A stretch of 63,951 nt of DNA, filler included, from an uncultured bacterium (lineage in GTDB: Bacteria > DAOPZR01): the NCBI GenBank assembly GCA_964637655.1. It is 4 parts of 4 records of this genome, joined end to end, with 100 filler letters (N's around TTAATTAATTAA, not from the genome) between each part and the next. Parts side by side here need not be neighbours in the genome. Positions count along the whole stretch, not along the records: positions 35,425 to 52,245 come from CAZWUZ010000041.1; positions 52,346 to 63,951 come from CAZWUZ010000106.1; 2 more parts are not named here. One strand, 5' to 3'. Within the stretch, counting starts at the first letter, position 1; each line of letters begins with the position of its first letter. A program made the position numbers and the translations under genes. The notes below the pieces were generated by a model. It searched no databases, had not been told where the DNA came from, and worked only from the letters and a program-made list of their open reading frames with translations. Positions 48,648 through 57,501 of the stretch are shown here, piece by piece.

Positions 48648-49025
48648 ATGAAAATCAGCGTTGGCGAGCTTCACGCCCAATCAGCAGCGCTGCTGGCGGA
48701 TATCGACAAGGGGGAAGTGTGTGTGCTGACACGCGACAACGAAGCTGTTGCCGTAGCTATTCCGCTGGTTCCATGTTCCCCTCTCCCGGCGGGAGAGGAA
48801 GCCGCGGAGCGGCAGGTGAGGGCGGACACCGCGGACGGATTCCCGACGCTGCGCGTCGCCCTCTCCCAAAGGAGAGGGGACTTATTGGCTGAACAGCTAC
48901 CTGTCGCCGAAGTCATTCCGCTGCCTCGCAAGGGCAAGGGTTGGAAGCGCACCATTCGCCGTGTCTCGCTCCCTGCCGGTATCACGACCGCCCGGTATCT
49001 CGATGCCGAGCGCCATGCCCGGTAG
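48648..49025 (+). CDS. Phd/YefM-family antitoxin carrying an in-frame palindromic insertion
   Basis: MKISVGELHAQSAALLADIDKGEVCVLTRDNEAVA; extended -10 TGGTATAAT at 48622-48630. Confidence 0.65.
   Translation: MKISVGELHAQSAALLADIDKGEVCVLTRDNEAVAVAIPLVPCSPLPAGEEAAERQVRADTADGFPTLRVALSQRRGDLLAEQLPVAEVIPLPRKGKGWKRTIRRVSLPAGITTARYLDAERHAR
48777..48880. repeat. CCCTCTCCC-GGGAGAGG palindromic repeat element
   Basis: tcccctctcccggcgggagagga ... gccctctcccaaaggagagggga. Confidence 0.7.
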
Positions 49026-49049
49026 CAATCTGCAGGAGGAGGTGGCGGC

Positions 49050-49259
49050 ATGAGCGACCTGCAGCAGCAAGAGATTGACCGGATTGTCTGCTGCCGGCCG
49101 GAATATGGCATTACCGAAACAGAGCTCCGCCACGCCTGTGAAGATATCCTGCATACGTACCCGGATGACGGCATGATGCAAACCCTGCACCTGATTCGCT
49201 ACCGGTGGTATCTGGAACATCGTGAGCAACCGCAGTTCTGTGCCAGACCTGGCGCATAA
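49050..49259 (+). CDS. Small hypothetical protein (69 aa)
   Basis: Strong RBS AGGAGGAGG upstream; no recognisable motif. Confidence 0.5.
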   Translation: MSDLQQQEIDRIVCCRPEYGITETELRHACEDILHTYPDDGMMQTLHLIRYRWYLEHREQPQFCARPGA

Positions 49260-49421
49260 TCATGGGTAAAATGCAGCCGGATGCGTATAAGACAATCAGC
49301 AACAGACGTTAGCATAAATGCAAATGTGAAAATGTGAAAGAGTGGCACCTTTATCTGTCGCGGCAAGGTCGTGCTGTTGTTGTTTGGCAGGCGGTAAGGT
49401 AGAATCATCCGCGGAGGTCGT

Positions 49422-50471
49422 ATGCTGAACCTGGCCATTATCGGTTGCGGGCGTATCGCGAAACGGCATCTCGGGCTTATGCCCGAACTGCGCGGTGTGC
49501 GCCTTGCCGGCGTCTGTGACATCGTCCCCGAACGCGCCGCCGCGGCCGGCGCCGCGCATGGCGTTCCGCACTTCACCGACGCGCGCGCCCTGCTCGACGC
49601 GGTCAAACCCGACGTCGTCAGCATCCTTACCCCGAGCGGCTCGCATGCCGCGCTCGGCCTGCAGGCGCTCGCTGCCAACTGCCACGTCATCATCGAGAAG
49701 CCGATGGCGCTGCGCCTTGCCGATGCCGATGCGCTCATCGCCGCGGCCGCGGCGAAGCAGCGCCGCCTCTACGTCGTCAAGCAGAACCGCTGCAACCTCC
49801 CCGTGGTGAAACTCAAAGAGGCGCTTGATGCCGGGCGTTTCGGCAAACTGGTGCTCGGTACTGTGCGCGTGCGCTGGTGCCGCGACCAGTCCTACTACGA
49901 CAGCGACGCGTGGCGCGGCACCTGGCATGACGACGGCGGGGTGCTCACCAACCAGGCGAGCCATCACATCGACCTGCTGCAGTGGCTGCTCGGCCCCGTC
50001 GAGACCGTCACCGCCATGACCGCGCGCCGCCTCGTTGACATCGAGGCGGAGGATACCGGCACCGCGCTCCTGCGCTTCAGCAGCGGCGCGCTCGGCATCA
50101 TCGAGGCGACCACCGGCGCCCGCCCGAAAGACCTCGAGGGCTCGCTCTCGCTCCTCGGCGAGGGCGGCAGCGTCGAGATCGCCGGGTTCGCGGTCAACAA
50201 GATCCGCACCTGGCAGTTCGCGCACCCGCTCCCCGGCGACGCGGAAGTCATGGAAAAATTCTCCACCAACCCGCCCGACGTCTACGGCTTCGGGCATCGC
50301 GTCTTTCTGCAGCAGGTATTCGACAGCATCCTGAGCAGCGGCCCCGCCCCCGTCGACGGCGCCGAGGGGCGCAAGTCGCTCGAACTGATCAACGCCATCT
50401 ACGAGTCGGTGGAGACGGGGCGCGCCGTCAACCTGCGCTTCGCACCCGACAAATGCCGCCTGGGACAATAG
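49422..50471 (+). CDS. Gfo/Idh/MocA oxidoreductase (WbpB/WlbA-like UDP-GlcNAcA 3-dehydrogenase)
   Basis: IIGCGRIA, TPSG.H, EKPMA, VVKQNR, WRGTW..DGGVLTNQASHH. Confidence 0.88.
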   Translation: MLNLAIIGCGRIAKRHLGLMPELRGVRLAGVCDIVPERAAAAGAAHGVPHFTDARALLDAVKPDVVSILTPSGSHAALGLQALAANCHVIIEKPMALRLADADALIAAAAAKQRRLYVVKQNRCNLPVVKLKEALDAGRFGKLVLGTVRVRWCRDQSYYDSDAWRGTWHDDGGVLTNQASHHIDLLQWLLGPVETVTAMTARRLVDIEAEDTGTALLRFSSGALGIIEATTGARPKDLEGSLSLLGEGGSVEIAGFAVNKIRTWQFAHPLPGDAEVMEKFSTNPPDVYGFGHRVFLQQVFDSILSSGPAPVDGAEGRKSLELINAIYESVETGRAVNLRFAPDKCRLGQ

Positions 50472-50473
50472 CC

Positions 50474-51568
50474 ATGACCATTCCGTTTCTCGATCTGCAG
50501 GGCGAGTATGCCGCCCACAAACCGGCGATCGATGCCGCCATCGCGCGCGTGCTGGCGCATGGCACCTTCATTCTCGGCCCCGAGGTGAAGGAGCTCGAAA
50601 CGCAACTTGCCGCGCTCACCGGGCAGCAGCATGGCGTCGGGGTCGCCTCGGGCACCGACGCGCTCATCCTCGCGCTGCGCGCGCTCGGCCTCGGCCCGGG
50701 TGACGAGATCATCACCACCCCGCTCACCTTTGTCGCCACCGCCGAGGCGATCGTCGCAGTCGGGGCCACGCCGGTCTTTGCCGACGTCGACCCGCAGACG
50801 CTCAATCTCAATCCGCGCCAGGCCGCCGCCGCCATCACCGGCAAAACCAAAGCCATCATCGTCGTTCACCTCTACGGCCAGCCCTGCGACATGACCGCTT
50901 TCACCGCGCTGGCGCGGGAGCAGAACCTCAACCTCATCGAGGACTGCGCCCATGCCTTCGGCGCGTCGTGGCGCGGTACGCCCGCGGGGGGCTTCGGCGA
51001 TGCTGCCTGCCACTCGTTCTTCCCGTCCAAGGTGCTGGGCGCCTATGGCGACGGCGGCATGGTCTGCGTGCGCGACGCGGCCGTGGCGGAACTGCTCCGC
51101 ACGCTGCGCGCCCACGGCAGCCGGAAGAAGTACCATCCCGAGATCGTCGGCTATAACAGCCGCCTCGACACGCTGCAGGCGGCCATCCTGCTCGCCAAGC
51201 TCACCTGGCATGACGCGGCGCTGCGCGGGCGGCGGCAGGTCGCGGCCTGGTACCGCGAACTGCTCGCCGGCACCGCGGCGCAGTTCATCCCCGATGCCGA
51301 CGGTGCGGTCAATTCCTGCTACGCGCTCACCGTGCGCGTGCCGCAGCGTGACACCGTGGCGGCAAAACTCAAGGAGCAGAACATCCCGAGCATGGTCTAC
51401 TACCCGGTACCGCTGCACCGCGTCCCCGTCTATGCCGGCAGCCGTACCTACACGCTGCAGCACGCGGAGCAGGCGGCCGCGGACGTACTGTCGCTCCCGG
51501 TCTTTCCGTCGATGACGCGCGATCAGGTGGCGGCGGTGGCGGACGCGCTGCGGGCGGCGCTGGCATGA
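50474..51568 (+). CDS. DegT/DnrJ/EryC1/StrS aminotransferase (WbpE/WlbC-like)
   Basis: SGTDAL, EDCAHA, SFFPSK.LGAYGDGG, NSRLDTLQAA. Confidence 0.92.
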   Translation: MTIPFLDLQGEYAAHKPAIDAAIARVLAHGTFILGPEVKELETQLAALTGQQHGVGVASGTDALILALRALGLGPGDEIITTPLTFVATAEAIVAVGATPVFADVDPQTLNLNPRQAAAAITGKTKAIIVVHLYGQPCDMTAFTALAREQNLNLIEDCAHAFGASWRGTPAGGFGDAACHSFFPSKVLGAYGDGGMVCVRDAAVAELLRTLRAHGSRKKYHPEIVGYNSRLDTLQAAILLAKLTWHDAALRGRRQVAAWYRELLAGTAAQFIPDADGAVNSCYALTVRVPQRDTVAAKLKEQNIPSMVYYPVPLHRVPVYAGSRTYTLQHAEQAAADVLSLPVFPSMTRDQVAAVADALRAALA

Positions 51569-52245
51569 AGGTCGTCACCGTCGTCGGGGCGCGCCCGCAG
51601 TTCATCAAGCTCGCCCCCGTTTCGCGCGCCCTGCGTGCGCAGGCGACGGAGATCCTCGTCCATACCGGTCAGCATTTCGACGACGCGATGTCCGAGGCGT
51701 TCTTCCGCGAGCTCGACCTGCCGCGCCCCGACAGCAACCTTGGCGCCGGCGGCGGCCTGCCGGAAATGCAGCTCGCCGCCATCCTGCCGCCGCTGACTGA
51801 TTTGCTGCGCCGCGAGCGGCCCGACTGGCTCCTCGTCTACGGCGATACCACCTCGACGCTCGCCGGGGCGCTGGCCGCGGTCAGCGCGCAGGTCCCCATC
51901 GCCCATGTCGAGGCGGGGCTCCGCTCGTTTGACCGCAGCATGCCCGAGGAGAACAACCGCGTCGTGACGGACGCGCTGGCGCAGCTGCTGTTTGTCCCCA
52001 CCGCAGCCGCAGGCGGGCAACTCCGCACAGAAGGCGTGGTCGGGCGCATCGTCGAGTGCGGCGATGTCATGTACGACGCGCTGCTCGCCGCGCAGCCGGC
52101 AGCGGCAAAGCAGGAGACCGTGCAACGCCTTGGGCTGCAACAAGGCGGCTACTACCTTGCCACGCTCCACCGCGCGGGGAATACCGACGACCCGCAGCGC
52201 CTCGCCGCGCTCGTTGCCGGGCTCTGTGCCGCGCCGCTCCCGGTC
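51565..52245 (+). CDS. wecB: Non-hydrolysing UDP-N-acetylglucosamine 2-epimerase (WecB/WbpI-like), 3' truncated
   Basis: VGARPQFIK, HTGQH, GDTTS, HVEAGLRS, PEE.NR. Confidence 0.9.
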
Positions 52246-52345
52246 NNNNNNNNNNNNNNNNNNNNNNNNNNNNNNNNNNNNNNNNNNNNTTAATTAATTA
52301 ANNNNNNNNNNNNNNNNNNNNNNNNNNNNNNNNNNNNNNNNNNNN
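52246..52345. other. Artificial contig linker
   Basis: N-TTAATTAATTAA-N. Confidence 0.97.
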
Positions 52346-53478
52346 AGCAGGCGGCCGGGGGGCAATGGGTAGATGCGGCGATGCCGGCGGCGCTCTACCG
52401 CGGCACGGTGCCGCAGGTGCGCACAAAGACGTTTTTCGTCGGGCAGTCGGCGCTCGGCAACGGGGTGCAGGCAGCGGCGCTGACCGGCGGCGGGCTGCAG
52501 CTGAAGCTCGACTGCCCGGTGGCGGACGACCTGAAGGCGGTCGGCGCGTTCAATGTCCGCTCGACCGGGGCGGCGGTGTTCGCGGTGAACGACGTGTATA
52601 TCCAGTACCTGCTGGCAGGGCAGACGCTGCAGGCGGGCCGTATCAAGGTGCCGTTCGGGCGCGAGCAGGCGGTGCGTCCGACGGTCGGGCGGGAGGAGGT
52701 GTTCATCAGCGCCTACGCGCAGCCGGCGCGCGGCGCCCTGCACAACGTCTATGACATCGGGCTGCAGCTGGCGGGCAGACTCCCCGTCGACCAGTTCTCC
52801 TACCGGCTGTTCCTCGGCAACGGCGGCATCAGCACGGTGGCGGACAGCAGCGCGATGGCGCGCAACAGCCAGGCCTCGCCGGATATCAACGATGCCAAGC
52901 AGGTGGGCGGCGTGCTGACCTGGAAACCGCTGGCCGGCGCGTTCATCGAAGGCGCGTACTTCGCGGGTGATTACACCAGCACCAATGCCGGGGTGGGCCG
53001 CGCGCGGTTCACCGCCTACGACGTCAATGCCGGCTACGATATTGCCGGCGCGCTGCTGGTTTCGGGCGAGTATGCCACCACGCGCCACGACCGGATGCTG
53101 CTGGAGTCAGACGCGGGTGCCATCGGTGTCCCGGCCGCGCGCGCCCTGACCGACGCCCGGGTCAACGAATACGTGCTGAAGGCGGTCTGGCACGGGACGC
53201 CGGACTGGCAGGCAGGACTGCGCTACAGCGTCATCGACCCGAAATCGTTCGCGGCGGAAGTAGCGGCGCAGTTCGCGCAGGAGCGCAAACTGTCGCTGGC
53301 GGTGGCCTATCTCTTCGCGGGTGGCGCGCAGCTCAAGGCGGAATACAGCCGCCTGATCACCGATCTCGACTATTATGCCGGCTATGACGCGGCGGCGCTG
53401 GCGGGGCAGTACCGGCTGAACCCGGAGTCGGACCCGGACGACGACATATTCGCCCTGCAACTCGCGCTGCAGTTTTGA
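52346..53478 (+). CDS. Outer-membrane porin (OprO/OprP-like anion porin), 5' truncated
   Basis: DVYIQY...AGRIKVPFGRE, amphipathic beta strands, C-terminal LALQF. Confidence 0.7.
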
Positions 53479-53488
53479 GGAGGGAAAC

Positions 53489-54316
53489 ATGCACTGCCGG
53501 CGCTGGCCGATGCTGCTGGTCATGATGCTGTGCTGCGGCTGCGGTCAGCCGGAGAACACCGCGGTGCGGCCGGCAGAACCGGCGGCAGTTCTGCAGGCGG
53601 GGATGGTGGCCGGCCTGCGGCTGCCGCTGGAGAAACTGCTTGACCGGTATCAGCAGCAGACCGGAATGCGGGTACTCCCGACGTTTGCGGACAGGACCCA
53701 GCTGGCTCAGCAGCTTGCGGCCGGTGCCCCGTATGACCTGCTGATTGCGGAGACGGGCAGCATCGGCGCACTGGCGGGAGCGGGCCTGCTCGATGCCGCC
53801 AGCATGCGGCCGCTGGTCGAAGGCGTGCTGGTGGTGATGACCGCTGCTGATGGCGTGCCGCCACCGGCCGACCTGCGCGAACTGGCGCAGCCGCGGTATG
53901 CGCGTGTCGCACTGCCCGACCCCGAACAGACCATCTACGGCAGCGCCGCGCGCACCGCCTGCACACGGTTGGGGCTCTGGCAGCAGCTGCAGCCGCGCAT
54001 AGTGCTCACGCGCAATGCGGCGCAGGCGGCGGTGTACGCGGAACAAGGCGAAGTCGCGGCGGCATTCGTGCCGCTGGCCGGCGCGCTCGACCGTCGGGCA
54101 CCGTACTATGCGGTGCCGGAAGAACTCTATCCGCCGATTATGCACGCCATGGCGACCGCGGCAGCGACAGAGCGACAGGCCGAGGCGACAGCATTCCTGG
54201 CGTATCTGCTCACCCCGGAGTGCCGGACGGTGTGGGAAAAATTCGGTTTCAGGATTCCGCCAGCGGCGGGCGGAACAGCACCTGTTGTGCCACGGGGGGA
54301 CAGGAGGAGCGAATGA
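53489..54316 (+). CDS. modA: ModA-like substrate-binding lipoprotein (divergent copy)
   Basis: LAQQLAAGAPYDL, ALPDP...YG.AA; the oxyanion-binding motifs are altered. Confidence 0.75.
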   Translation: MHCRRWPMLLVMMLCCGCGQPENTAVRPAEPAAVLQAGMVAGLRLPLEKLLDRYQQQTGMRVLPTFADRTQLAQQLAAGAPYDLLIAETGSIGALAGAGLLDAASMRPLVEGVLVVMTAADGVPPPADLRELAQPRYARVALPDPEQTIYGSAARTACTRLGLWQQLQPRIVLTRNAAQAAVYAEQGEVAAAFVPLAGALDRRAPYYAVPEELYPPIMHAMATAAATERQAEATAFLAYLLTPECRTVWEKFGFRIPPAAGGTAPVVPRGDRRSE

Positions 54317-55020
54317 AGCAGGGGCTGAAACTGGTGACGGCCGTGCCGCTGGCGGCAGCGCGCCAGCAGCTGCTCCCCCTGGTCCGGCAGGCCGCCCACG
54401 GGGCCTGCTATGCCATTACCCAGCATGGCCGGCCCGAAGCGGTGCTGGTGAGCGCCGACCGTTTCTTCGCCCCGTACGCCGCCCTGCACGGGGTGGCGGC
54501 GGTGGTGCTGGCGGCGACGGGCGGGAGGCGGGGCGGTGTGCCTGACCCGGCAGTGACGGCCCGGTTGTGCCGGCGGCTGCTGCAGGCGGGACTCGCGCCG
54601 GTGGTGGTGGTGGCGGATGCGGGTGACCGCCGGCTGACGGCCGCGCTGGCAGCGACCAGGGTGGCGGTAACGTTTTGCGGCAGCGGCAACCCGGGATTCT
54701 CCTCATCGCTGAAACGGGGGGTGCGCTTTATCGCGCCGTGGGGCGAGGCGCTGCTGGTGGCCTTTGCCTCGCTGCCGGACGTGCGCGTGGCAACGCTGCG
54801 GAAGATGCTCGCCGCCTGGCACAGGGAGCGGAGGGGAATCGTGCAACCGGAGTACCGGGGACGGCGCGGGCACCCGGTGCTGCTCGCTGCCGGCTATCAG
54901 CGGGAACTGCTGGCCCTCGACCCGCGCCGGGGGATGCAGACCTTCATGCGCCGGCATCAGGCGGATATCCGCACGGTGGCGGTCACCGACGCGGGAATAC
55001 TGAAAAGGAAAGACCGATGA
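54313..55020 (+). CDS. Phd/YefM-like DNA-binding domain fused to a degenerate MocA/MobA-like nucleotidyltransferase
   Basis: AAARQQLLPLVRQA...YAITQHGRPEAVLVS, then VAAVVLAA...GFSSSLKRG...PEYRGRRGHPVL; ATGA overlaps at both ends. Confidence 0.75.
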   Translation: MKQGLKLVTAVPLAAARQQLLPLVRQAAHGACYAITQHGRPEAVLVSADRFFAPYAALHGVAAVVLAATGGRRGGVPDPAVTARLCRRLLQAGLAPVVVVADAGDRRLTAALAATRVAVTFCGSGNPGFSSSLKRGVRFIAPWGEALLVAFASLPDVRVATLRKMLAAWHRERRGIVQPEYRGRRGHPVLLAAGYQRELLALDPRRGMQTFMRRHQADIRTVAVTDAGILKRKDR

Positions 55021-55784
55021 ACATGCAGAAGCGGGCGTTCCTGCTGTGCGCCGCGGCAATGCTGCTGACGGGATGCGGAGAGCAGACAACCCTGACCATT
55101 CACCCGCTTACGGTGGCGGCGGCGGCGAACATCCAGCCGGTCATCCGGCAGGCCGCCGCGCAGTTCAGACAGGGTGACGGGCGCGGACTCGTTTACACGG
55201 TGAAGACCACCTTCGGGTCGACGCAGCAGCTGGCGCAGCAGGTGGCGGCAGGCGCCCCGGTCGACCTCTTCATTGCCGCCGACACGGTGACCGTGGCGCA
55301 ACTGGCGGCATCCGGGCACATCCTGCCGCACAGCGTGCAGGTGTACGCATACGGCAGCGTCGTGCTCTGGCGGCAGGACACGACGGTGACGGGACTGGCA
55401 GCGCCTGGCGGTGAACCCATAGAGCGTATCGCCATCGCCAATCCCGACCTCTCCCCCTACGGTGCCGCGGCGCGCACGGCGCTGCAGCAGGCAAACCTGT
55501 GGACGCGCCTGCAGCCGAAACTGGTGCTCGGCGCGAACGTGGCGCAGGTGGCGACCTGGGCACAACGGGGCGAGGCGGATGTCGCCTTCCTGCCGCTTTC
55601 GCTGGCGCGACAGCACGGGCTGGCAGCTGAGCCGGTACCCGGGGCGCCGCGCCTGGCGCAGGCACTGGGCATCGTCGCGCACCGCGCACCGGCGCGCCTG
55701 CAGGCGGCGGCGGCTTTTGCCGCGTACCTGCGCGGCCCGGCGGGCGCAGCACTGCTGCAGGAGGCAGGGTACGAACTGCCGTGA
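55017..55784 (+). CDS. modA: Molybdate ABC substrate-binding protein
   Basis: Lipobox LTGC; VAAAAN, FGST..LAQQ...GAP.DLFIAAD, IAIANP..SPYG.AA, GANVAQ. Confidence 0.9.
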   Translation: MNMQKRAFLLCAAAMLLTGCGEQTTLTIHPLTVAAAANIQPVIRQAAAQFRQGDGRGLVYTVKTTFGSTQQLAQQVAAGAPVDLFIAADTVTVAQLAASGHILPHSVQVYAYGSVVLWRQDTTVTGLAAPGGEPIERIAIANPDLSPYGAAARTALQQANLWTRLQPKLVLGANVAQVATWAQRGEADVAFLPLSLARQHGLAAEPVPGAPRLAQALGIVAHRAPARLQAAAAFAAYLRGPAGAALLQEAGYELP

Positions 55785-56416
55785 GTGACGCGCTGCTGGT
55801 TTCGCTGCGGGTAACGCTGCTCGCCGCCCCCGCCATCGCGCTGCTCGGGATTATCGGCGCGGTGCTGCTGGCACACTGGCGCAGCCCGTGGCGCAACCTG
55901 GTGGAACTCGCCTGCATACTTCCCATCGTCCTGCCGCCGACGGTTACCGGCTATTACCTGCTCAACCTGCTCGGCCGCCACGCGCTCGGGCAGTTCGTCC
56001 AGCTGCTGTTCACGCCGGTCGGCGCGGCCATTGCCGCAACCGTGATGGGGCTGCCGCTGATGGTGATTGCCGGCAAGGCCGCCATCGCCGGGGTTGATGC
56101 GCGGCTGGAAGCGGCGGCGCGCACGCTCGGCGCATCGGAGTGGCGGGTGCTCTGCGACATCACCCTGCCGCTGGCCAGGCGCGGGCTGGTGGCGGGATTC
56201 CTGCTTGCCTGCGCGCGCGCCTTCGGCGAATTCGGCGCCACGCTGATGGTGGCCGGGTCGCAGCCGGGGAGCACGCGGACGCTCTCGATTGCGCTCTATG
56301 ACGCGGTGCAACTGGGCGATGACGCGACGGCGCTGGCCATCGTGGCACTGCTTACCGGCTGTACGGTGGCGGTACTCGCGCTCACCCGCTGGCTGGAACG
56401 GGGAGGCGCGCGATGA
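55781..56416 (+). CDS. modB: Molybdate ABC permease
   Basis: LPIVLPPTVTGYYLL, EAAARTLGA, ARAFGEFGATLM.AG. Confidence 0.95.
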   Translation: MSDALLVSLRVTLLAAPAIALLGIIGAVLLAHWRSPWRNLVELACILPIVLPPTVTGYYLLNLLGRHALGQFVQLLFTPVGAAIAATVMGLPLMVIAGKAAIAGVDARLEAAARTLGASEWRVLCDITLPLARRGLVAGFLLACARAFGEFGATLMVAGSQPGSTRTLSIALYDAVQLGDDATALAIVALLTGCTVAVLALTRWLERGGAR

Positions 56417-57501
56417 ACGGCCTGACGGCAGAGTTCGTGCGCCCGCTGCGCCATTTTGCGCTCGACCTGTCGCTTACCCACACGCAGGGGATACTGGCGC
56501 TCTTCGGCGCGTCAGGGGCAGGCAAGACCCAGATGCTGGAATGCCTTGCCGGGCTGGCCATGCCGGCCACCGGCAGCATCACGCTCGACCACCGGGTCTT
56601 TTTCCGCCGTGCCACGGGCAGCCCGACGGTAAAACTGCCGCCGCGGCGGCGGGGCATCGGGTATGTCGTGCAGGACGGCGCGCTCTTTCCGCACCTGACG
56701 CTGGCGGCCAATGTCGCCTACGGCATGCGCGGCGAAGCGGACGCCGCGGCGCGCGCCCGCACGCTGCTCGCGGACATGGGCATCGGCGAACTGGCGGAGC
56801 GCTACCCGCGCGAGGTATCGGGCGGGCAGCAGCGGCGGGCGGCCATCGCCCGCGCGCTAGCCATCCGCCCGCGCCTGCTGCTCCTGGACGAGCCGTTCGT
56901 GCACCTCGACCGGCAGGTACGCGCCCGGCTGATGCGCGACTTGACGGAGACGGTGCGCTGTCATGGCCTGCTGGCAGTGCTGGTGACCCACGACCGTGAG
57001 GAACTCGCACACTGCGCCGACACCATCGCGCTCATCGAGCGCGGACGGCTCATCCAGCAGGGCACGCGTGACGAGGTGCTCGACCGCCCGGCAAGCGCGG
57101 CGGCGGCGCGGTTGCTGGGGGAGAGCAACCTGCTCGACGGGGCGGGCGCAGGAACGGACGGGAAATGGCAGATGGTGCGTACCGGCGGCCTGACGTGGCG
57201 GCTGCCCGCGGCGGCGGTGCCGGTGACGGGTGCGGTGACGCTCGGGGTGCGCAGCAGCGCCCTGAAGATCATCCGCCCGGACGCACCGGTACCGGAGGAA
57301 CTGGCGCGCAATTGCCAGCGCGGGACGCTGGCTGCCATCGATGCCCGCCCGGATACGGTGCTCTTCACCATGCGTTTTGCCGACGGCAGCGAACTGACGG
57401 GAGCGACGCTCCCCGATGTCTTTGCCCGCAGTGGCGCCCGCGCGGGCGAGCAGCGCGATGTCGCCGTTGTTCCTGACGGGCTGCGCGTCTACGACAGCTG
57501 A
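56413..57501 (+). CDS. modC: Molybdate ABC ATP-binding protein
   Basis: GASGAGKT, LFPHL, SGGQQRR, LLLDEPF. Confidence 0.88.
   Translation: MNGLTAEFVRPLRHFALDLSLTHTQGILALFGASGAGKTQMLECLAGLAMPATGSITLDHRVFFRRATGSPTVKLPPRRRGIGYVVQDGALFPHLTLAANVAYGMRGEADAAARARTLLADMGIGELAERYPREVSGGQQRRAAIARALAIRPRLLLLDEPFVHLDRQVRARLMRDLTETVRCHGLLAVLVTHDREELAHCADTIALIERGRLIQQGTRDEVLDRPASAAAARLLGESNLLDGAGAGTDGKWQMVRTGGLTWRLPAAAVPVTGAVTLGVRSSALKIIRPDAPVPEELARNCQRGTLAAIDARPDTVLFTMRFADGSELTGATLPDVFARSGARAGEQRDVAVVPDGLRVYDS

Noticed and set aside
49388-49405. ops/JUMPStart element before the sugar genes
   Set aside because: ggcggtaagg deviates from GGCGGTAG; better explained as a -10 region (TAGAAT).
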